DNA of 64,000 nucleotides from an uncultured Verrucomicrobiae bacterium (lineage in GTDB: Bacteria > Verrucomicrobiota > Verrucomicrobiia > Chthoniobacterales > Chthoniobacteraceae), in NCBI GenBank assembly GCA_963828525.1, contig CAWHEP010000008.1, forward strand, positions 288,001-352,000, in the 5' to 3' direction. Positions 56,895 to 64,000 of the stretch are shown here, piece by piece. Under the pieces are notes generated by a model that had not been told where the DNA came from, made no database searches, and worked only from the letters and a program-made list of their open reading frames with translations. The position numbers and the translations under genes are program-made. The stretch's first letter is position 1. Every line of letters starts with the position of its first letter.

Positions 56895-59128
56895 CTAGCG
56901 CGAATGAGCGAAGAGCGTCGTCCGGGAATTTGCAGGCGTATAAATCACCGGCCACCAGAACGGACAATCCCGCCAATCCTGCGCAGAGGCGCCATTCTGC
57001 CGGATGAGGATAAGAACAGGCAAGTCTTGAGCGGCCTGCTTGGCGATGACTCCTTCGGTCCGCGTGGTGTCTGGAGCGTCCGCAAAGTCCGCATGCGAAG
57101 TCGATTTCACGGTGCGGGTGAGATTGCGGCCGGTGCGCACGAGGAGTAAGACATTGCCCCGTTTTTGGGTGTCCTGGCAGGACTCGCTCAGGTGTCGAAG
57201 AATTGCCTTATACTCGGGCGCATCCCAACGGTCCTCGTATCCTGGCGCGAAATCGACGAACGTCGGCCCCAGGCGGTCGATGAGGTCGAGCGCCTCGGCC
57301 AACGGCACTTCAAACGGCGGGGGCGCTTCGCCGTCTTTTGGGAACGGGCCGAGCGATTTGAGTTTGGCGTCGATACCTTCGGTAATGGGCAGCAATCGCG
57401 TCTTGTAATCCGTCTGAAAACCGACCGGCAGAATGCGCCGTTGAGGACGAAGGGTCGTGATATTGGAGGCGAGAATCTTCGCCGGACTGCACGGGACAAT
57501 CACGCCCATCTGGTCGAGTTCGATGAACGTGACGTTTTGGTCGCCTCCCTGAGCGTCGATTCGCTCCCGCAGGGCCGAGTCTGCTTCGTGCATCCGCTCC
57601 ATCGCCCGATAGATGTGCGGAGCCGTGTAGAAGCGGGTGACAGCGCGTCCTCCGGTGGCCGGAACCCATACATGCGGGAGTGCTGAAGCACCGTATCCTG
57701 TTGGAAGCGTTGCGGGTCGCGGCCGTAAAAGAAGCCGATGAGATTCGCGATGGTGATTCCCCGGTCAAGAATCTGGCCGCCGATGAAAATGTTCAGCGGT
57801 GTGCGCAAGCGAAGCTGGCCCTCATCGTCGAGCAACGAGCTGACCTGCGCCTCGGAGTTGACCTTGGTAATCATCAGCTCACCGCCAGTGAGAGCGATGA
57901 GCACCCGCTCCCACACTTCGTCGAACGCCGGCAGCGGCTGCTGGGCAGCGAGGATGGAGCGCGAGAGGTCATTGTAGGCGTCACGCACTAACGTCCGTAG
58001 CAGCTCGGACTTCTTCTTGGCTTCTTCTTGGAGGGTCTCATCGAAGCGAACTACGATGCTTTCCTGCCAAGAGTGCGCGCCCTTTCCGGCTTGGGTGTGA
58101 AACAAAAAGGCAAAGCGCTTCGGCCGAACTTGAGCCTGCTCATCCTGGATTCTGCGGACGCAGCCACCGACGATAAAGTTGAGCAGGGCGGAACGAAGGC
58201 CGCCGACCTTGTCGCTGGTCAAGCACTCCTCAATTTTGAACCGGCGACGGTCCTCAGCTCGCACCACAGACAGTTCGTCGGCTGAGACAGGCCTGAAGAT
58301 AAATGCCGCGGGGTCCTGCTGACTCTTACTTTCCTCAAAGTAGAATCTGCCACCGACGTATGCGGTATGGACGGGAACAAGTTCGGTGAACTTGGGACGC
58401 ACGGGTGCAAGATTCATCCCAGGGAGTGGTGAGTCTTCGGGCTGGAGATAGAGCGAGTAAGGCGTCGCAGTCACCTGAAGGAATGATGACGATGCCAGGT
58501 CGCGGCGCAGCCCATCGACCTGGCTGGCAATCGTGCGGAGTTGGAGTCCAATATTCTTGTCGTCCACGTAGCCGATGCTCGCGTTGTCGGCCTCGTCATC
58601 CACGATGAGGATGCGCTTGCGTGCCAGATGCGGGTAGGTGCGGAGCAACGCTTCTGCGAGGCGCTCCAGATTGTCGGTCTGTTTTTTGACGACGAATATG
58701 AGCTTCTGGTTCAGCTCGAACTGGGTCAGGCGCTCTGGAATCTCAAGGATGTCATAGACCTTTGCCTGGTCCCCCTCGATGAAATCGGCGAATTCCTTGG
58801 TCACCCGCTTATATGTTTGTTTTGCGAGTGCCTTGGTCGGCTTCGTCAGAATGACCGCGATGTCATAGTCATTATCGAAGGCGAGGGCGATAATGCCCAG
58901 GAACGTCTTGGTTTTGCCGGACTGAATTTTGCCCAGAAGCATCCCCGGCTTGCTCGCCGTTGTCTGCTCCGAGCGCAGTTTTTCCACGGTGCGTTGAATG
59001 CAGCCCTGCTCATCGGGGCCATAAACGGGAACGCCGTCGCGCATCTTCTGGCGGAATCCGCGGTAAAAGACGCCGTTCAGGTCGAGGGAGGTGGAGGCGG
59101 TTTGGGGAGCAGTGGTGGTGGCGGTCAT
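56895..59128 (-). CDS. Z1-domain SF2-like protein (indel near 57640)
   Basis: GKIQSGKT, DDEAD, TATP, IGGQILDRGITI, DTVLQHSRMYGFR. Confidence 0.85.
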
Positions 59129-59216
59129 ATGTGGAGTTCCTTTTCTTTTGACCCATCTTGCCCATTTTTACATGCGCTTGCACCCTACATTTTGGCATGA
59201 TACATGCGCATTCCGC

Positions 59217-60146
59217 ATGTTTGAGGAGCTTTTCACAGAAGAGGGCCTTTCTTTGGAGAGGCTCAATGCCCTGATCCAACTCAGTGACGCTGGCAGTCTC
59301 TTAAGAGCTGCCGGAGATGATAAGGGTCGGCAGAGCCGCTACAGTCACTATTTGCGTGAACTGTCGGGGTTTTTTGGCACGAAGCTGACGACGAGAGCAG
59401 GCAAATCCATCCGGCTCACGCCGGCGGGGGAAGAGTTGGTTCGGCTCTCACGCGAGCACTTCCAAGAGTTGCTTCAGTTCCGGCGAGATGCCCGGAGCGA
59501 AGTACAGGAGTTTCGGCTTGGTGCAGGGGACAGCTTGCACCAATGGCTTGTCGTGCCGGTGGTTGGTTCTCTCCGTCGTCCCGGTCGTGCCCTCCGGTTC
59601 GTTTTGGAGGGCCTTCGCACTAACGAGATCGTCGCACGCCTTGATGAGCAGAGAATTGATTTCGGGCTGCTGCGCGCCGATGCCGTGCCCAGGGGGTTGA
59701 AATCTGAACCTGTTTGCGAAATCAAGCACGCCGTCATCGTGCCCGAACGCCTCGTACCACAACGAGGAATGCTGACGCTTAAAAACGCTTTGTTCGATTG
59801 TCCACACGCAGCTTTGGGAAGCGACGGCCAGATGAGCCAGCGGATTCAACAACTCGCTGGAGAGCTGAAAGGTCGGTTCCCTGCCGAATTGGTATGCGAT
59901 TCGTTGACCCACTGCATAGCCGCTGTCCGCAGTGGCTATTTTGCGTCAATCCTCCCACTGAAAGCGTGGCTTCCCGATCCTGATATTCCATGCCATGTGG
60001 TTGAAGACGCCTTGTTGGACTGTCTCGATCAACGGGTCGTGCTGGCTTGGCATCCGCGATTGATCGAAGTGCGAGGCAATGCGGCGAGCGCTATGAAAGA
60101 TAGGCTTGTTTCGGCGCTTGTGGAAAGAGGCGCGGTTACAATCTGA
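59217..60146 (+). CDS. LysR-family transcriptional regulator
   Basis: N-terminal HTH (LERLNAL..AGSLLRAA..LRELSGFFG..LTPAG) plus substrate-binding domain (IDFGLL). Confidence 0.85.
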   Translation: MFEELFTEEGLSLERLNALIQLSDAGSLLRAAGDDKGRQSRYSHYLRELSGFFGTKLTTRAGKSIRLTPAGEELVRLSREHFQELLQFRRDARSEVQEFRLGAGDSLHQWLVVPVVGSLRRPGRALRFVLEGLRTNEIVARLDEQRIDFGLLRADAVPRGLKSEPVCEIKHAVIVPERLVPQRGMLTLKNALFDCPHAALGSDGQMSQRIQQLAGELKGRFPAELVCDSLTHCIAAVRSGYFASILPLKAWLPDPDIPCHVVEDALLDCLDQRVVLAWHPRLIEVRGNAASAMKDRLVSALVERGAVTI

Positions 60147-60183
60147 CACTCTAATATATCGAGGTTCCAGTTACCTACTATGT

Positions 60184-60910
60184 TTACTTCGTCCGAGGTT
60201 TCCCGACCCGTAGCACGTCGAGGGTGCAGCCTGCGCCGTTGTCGAAGGGTGTGACGCGAGCTTCGATTTCGACGACGGGGTGACGGACGGTTTCGAGGCC
60301 GAAGCGGCGGTAGGTTTGGGCGAAGATTTCGCATTCGATAATGCCGGTGTAGTCGCAGATCGTGATGAACTTCATCTGGTCGCCGGTGACTTGATGGTGG
60401 GAGCGGTCGGCGATGATGAGGCCGCAGACGGAGACGCGCTCGCCAGGGTAACGGGCGAGGTCGCGGATGGGGCAATAGGTGTCCCAGGCGACATCGGGGA
60501 ATTGTTCGAGCGGGTGGCCGGAGACCGTGAAGCTGAGGAGTTCGCTTTCGTCGCGCAAGCGCTGGGCGCGATCGGGTTCCGTGAGCGGCACTTCGGGAAG
60601 GCGGACGCGCTCGTCGCTTTGGAAGAGGTAGCCTTGAGCGTGGGGCCACTGCGCGATGTGCTGAAGGTGCCAGAACTGTGCGGTGCGCGGTTCGCCGAAG
60701 CCATCGAAAGCGCCGGCGCGGATGAGGTTCAGCATTTCGGCGCCGGTCGGACGCGTGCGCTCGTAGAAATCGCGTAGGCTGGCGAACGGCGCGCGGGCAC
60801 GCTCGATCTTGTAGCGTTCGAGGAGCGCGCCGGTAATGCTTTTGATGAAGTGCAACGGGACGCGGATGGCGCGCGGGTGCTCGGCGTCGGGAGCGAAGTT
60901 CCAGCGCGCG
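60184..60910 (-). pseudogene. 3' fragment of a DNA polymerase III alpha (DnaE/DnaE2-like) gene
   Basis: IRVPLHFIK, PFASLRDF, LIRAGAFD, E.ELLSFTVSGHPL and the OB fold MKFITICDYTG; everything upstream is missing. Confidence 0.85.
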
Positions 60911-61090
60911 ACTTACCGGGCCGTGGCGGGTGATCTCAAGCTCGCCTACGCCCAGTTTGAGGAATTGGAAACCTTCGCCCGCTTTGGTGCGCGTCTCGAC
61001 GACGACACGCGCCAGATCATCGAGCACGGAAACGCATCCGCGCCTGTCTCAAGCAGCCGCAGTTTACGCCCGTCTCCGTCCCCGCGCAGA
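60902..61090 (+). pseudogene. atpA: internal fragment of an alternate (N-type) F1 ATPase alpha subunit
   Basis: QRATYRAVAGDLKLAYAQFEELETFARFGARLDDDTRQIIEHG, then RIRACLKQPQFTPVSVPAQ. Confidence 0.85.
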
Positions 61091-61518
61091 CTGGGGCAGC
61101 CGCAGAAGCGGTGGCGGAAGTCATCACCGAGCTGCCACGCGGACACGACGAACTAATCCTCCTCGTGGATGACGAGACAGCGGTGTGCGAGATCACCAAG
61201 CAGACGCTCGAAGCCTTCGGTTATCGCGTGATTCTGTCCGCCAACGGCGTCGAAGCCGTGGCCGTCTATGCTGAGCGCCGCGCGGAAATTGCCGTTGTGA
61301 TTACCGACATGATGATGCCGGTGATGGACGGTCCGACGACCATCCGCATCCTGCGCCAGTTGAACCCGCAGGTTCGCGTGATCGCCGCGAGCGGACTGGC
61401 CGCCCAAGAACACGTTGCGCAAGCCACGAACCTTGGCGTGAAGCATTTCCTGGCTAAACCCTACACCGCTGAAACGCTGCTCAAGATGCTGCGAGAGACG
61501 CTGTCTTCCGAGTCATAG
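61081..61518 (+). pseudogene. C-terminal receiver domain of a hybrid histidine kinase (orphan fragment)
   Basis: Linker PAQT..ELPRG.DELILLVDDE, ITDMMMP, LAKPY, typical of hybrid-kinase tails. Confidence 0.7.
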
Positions 61519-61820
61519 CATTCCCAGTCACGATGATCGCCGAGCCCGACAAAGCTTCAGCCCGCCACCATCGTTCCGCCCAGGAAGTGCTCCCGAGGCA
61601 TGATTTGGGCGACGAAAGGTTTGACGGCGCCGGAGGTGCCAGCGGCGACTCGCGTCGGATAGTGAAGAAGGATAGGTAAAGGACGGCCAGCCACTGGCCG
61701 CATAGCCGCTGGCTATGGAGAGACCTCCGACGAGGTATTGGCCGGCATCGCGGCCAAGCGGTATCGTTCTCTCGGGTGCCATGCGTTCGAACTCGCAGAG
61801 CGTCTGAATTGGTCCATCCT

Positions 61821-64000
61821 ATGAAACCTCGCACCCTCTCTCCCGCCTCTCTGCAAGCGATCCACGCCTACTGGCGCGCGGCCAACTACCTCTCGGTCGG
61901 CCAGATCTATCTTTATGCCAATCCGCTGCTCAGGCGACCGCTGACGCTCGGAGACGTGAAGCACATGCTGCTGGGCCACTGGGGCACGACGCCGGGGCAG
62001 AACTTCATCTACGCGCACCTGAACCGCGCCATTAAGAAGTACGACCTGGACATGATCTATGTCTCGGGGCCTGGTCACGGCGGACCCGCCGTCGTGGGCA
62101 ATACTTATCTCGAAGGAACCTACAGCGAAATTTATCCCGAGATCAGCCAGGATGAGGCCGGGCTGCAAAAGCTCTTTCTCCAGTTCTCGTTTCCAGGTGG
62201 AATTCCGAGTCACGCCTCACCCGAGACGCCTGGCTCGATCCACGAGGGAGGCGAACTGGGCTACTCGCTTAGCCATTCCTTCGGCGCGGTCTTCGACAAT
62301 CCCGAGTTGATCGTCGCGTGCGTCGTGGGCGATGGCGAAGCGGAAACGGGCCCGCTGGCCACCGCCTGGCACTCGAACAAGTTTCTCGATCCGTCGACCG
62401 ACGGCGCGGTGCTTCCGATCCTGCACTTGAATGGCTACAAGATCAGCAACCCGACGATCCTGGCGCGAATCGAGCACGAGGAGTTGGAGCACTTACTCCG
62501 CGGCTATGGCTGGACGCCCTACTTCGTCGAAGGTCATGAGCCGGAGCTGATGCATGAGACCATGGCCGCGACGCTCGACCTCGCGGTGGAGCAGATCAGG
62601 GCGATTCAGCAGGACGCCCGGGTGAACGGCAACGTAACGCGGCCGCGCTGGCCCATGATCGTCCTCAAATCGCCGAAAGGCTGGACCGGCCCGAAGAAGG
62701 TCGACGGGTTGGAGATCGAAGGGACCTTCCGCGCGCATCAGGTCCCGCTTTCGGACCCGGCGACGCACCCGGAACATCTCCAGCTTTTGGAAGACTGGCT
62801 GCGCAGCTACCGGCCGGAAGAGCTCTTTGACGAGCAGGGTCGTCTGAAACCGGAACTCGCCGCGCTCGCGCCCACCGGGACGCGCCGTATGGGCTCGAAT
62901 CCGCGCGCCAACGGCGGCATGCTGTTGCGCGATTTGCGGATGCCGGATTTCCGCGATTACGCGGAGGAAGTCCCGGTGCCGGGCGCCCGCGGAATCGGGG
63001 ACACGCACGTGCTCGGACCTTTCCTGCGCGATGTGGCGAAGCTCAATGACCCGCAGCGAAATTTCAGGGTCTTCGGCCCCGATGAAACGCTCTCCAATGG
63101 CCTGGAGGCTCTTTTCGAGGTAACCACCCGCCAGTGGGACGCCGCCACCGCGGTCAACGACGAGTTCCTCGCGCCCGCCGGACGGGTGATGGAAATGCTC
63201 AGCGAGCACCAATGTGAGGGGTGGCTCGAAGGTTATCTTCTCACCGGTCGGCACGGTGTCTTCAATTGTTACGAGGCCTTTATTCACATCATCGGCTCGA
63301 TGTTCAACCAGCACGCCAAGTGGTTGAAAGTCACCGCGGGCCTCCCGTGGCGTCGCAAAATCTCTTCGCTAAATTACCTGCTCGCCTCGCATGTCTGGCG
63401 CCAGGATCACAATGGCTTCACGCATCAGGATCCGGGCTTCCTCGACCATGTCGTCAACAAAAAGGCCGAAGTCGTGCGGGTCTATTTGCCGCCGGACGCC
63501 AATTGCCTGCTCTCGGTGATGGATCACTGCCTGCGCAGCCGGCATTACGTCAATGTGGTGATTGCGGGGAAACACCCGGCGCCGCAGTGGCTGACCATGG
63601 ACGCAGCCGTCAAGCATTGCACGGAAGGGATCGGTATCTGGCAATGGGCAAGCAACGACCAGGAGGCGGAGCCGGATGTCGTCATGGCCTGCTGCGGCGA
63701 CGTGCCGACGCTGGAGACGCTCGCCGCGGTCTCGATCCTGCGGGAGCATCTGCCGGAGTTGAAGATTCGGGTCGATCAACGTCGTGGATCTCATGAAATT
63801 GCAGCCGCAGAGCCGAGCATCCGCACGGGTTGAGCGATCGAGATTTCGACGGGCTTTTCACGAAGAAAAAGCCGGTGATCTTCGCCTTCCATGCCTATCC
63901 GTGGCTGATTCACCGGCTGACCTATCGGCGCACCAATCACGACAACATCCATGTCCGCGGCTACAAGGAAGAGGGGACGATCACGACGCCGTTCGATATG
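61821..64000 (+). CDS. xfp: phosphoketolase (partial at window end, indel near 63775)
   Basis: [41 protein letters not shown]; the frame resumes with [15 protein letters not shown]. Confidence 0.96.

Larger units (their letters stand above)
42100..61518. mobile_element. degraded genomic island at the tmRNA 3' end (right boundary uncertain)
   Basis: Abrupt switch from core genes to Fic, DarB-like helicase, RM/defence genes and truncated fragments immediately after ssrA. No integrase or second att site is visible in the window. Confidence 0.65.

Noticed and set aside
61528..61800. Short ORFs between the receiver domain and xfp
   Set aside because: No recognisable motif in the frames I read; may be decayed sequence.

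Overview
GC-rich bacterial chromosome segment. Gene repertoire and protein style suggest a Verrucomicrobiota (Chthoniobacterales-like) organism, which is an inference. Many genes, including housekeeping ones (treS, leuC, xfp), are split by single-base indels, most likely sequencing or assembly errors. Positions 1-41.7 kb are mostly core or ordinary accessory genes: purB, treS-maltokinase, cstA, an amidase, GH57, two NarL-type two-component pairs, tRNA-Ile2(CAU), leuCD, mutL, dapL, sodA, rarA and usp. This part also holds a 704-bp internally deleted IS with clear terminal inverted repeats and a 9-bp target duplication. Right after the tmRNA gene (41741-42095) begins an eroded island with gene stumps (Fic, DarB-like helicase, dnaE-family polymerase, N-ATPase alpha, hybrid kinase) joined at deletion-like junctions. 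These stumps flank a tightly packed ~13.6-kb minus-strand candidate defence operon: Z1-domain protein, type III Mod, a RelE-like/UvrD helicase ending in an IF2_N-like domain, type III Res with a C-terminal extension, and a Lamassu/ABC-three-component-like SMC ATPase, divergent from a LysR regulator. This operon is the best candidate for an undescribed system. No CRISPR array or rRNA was seen.
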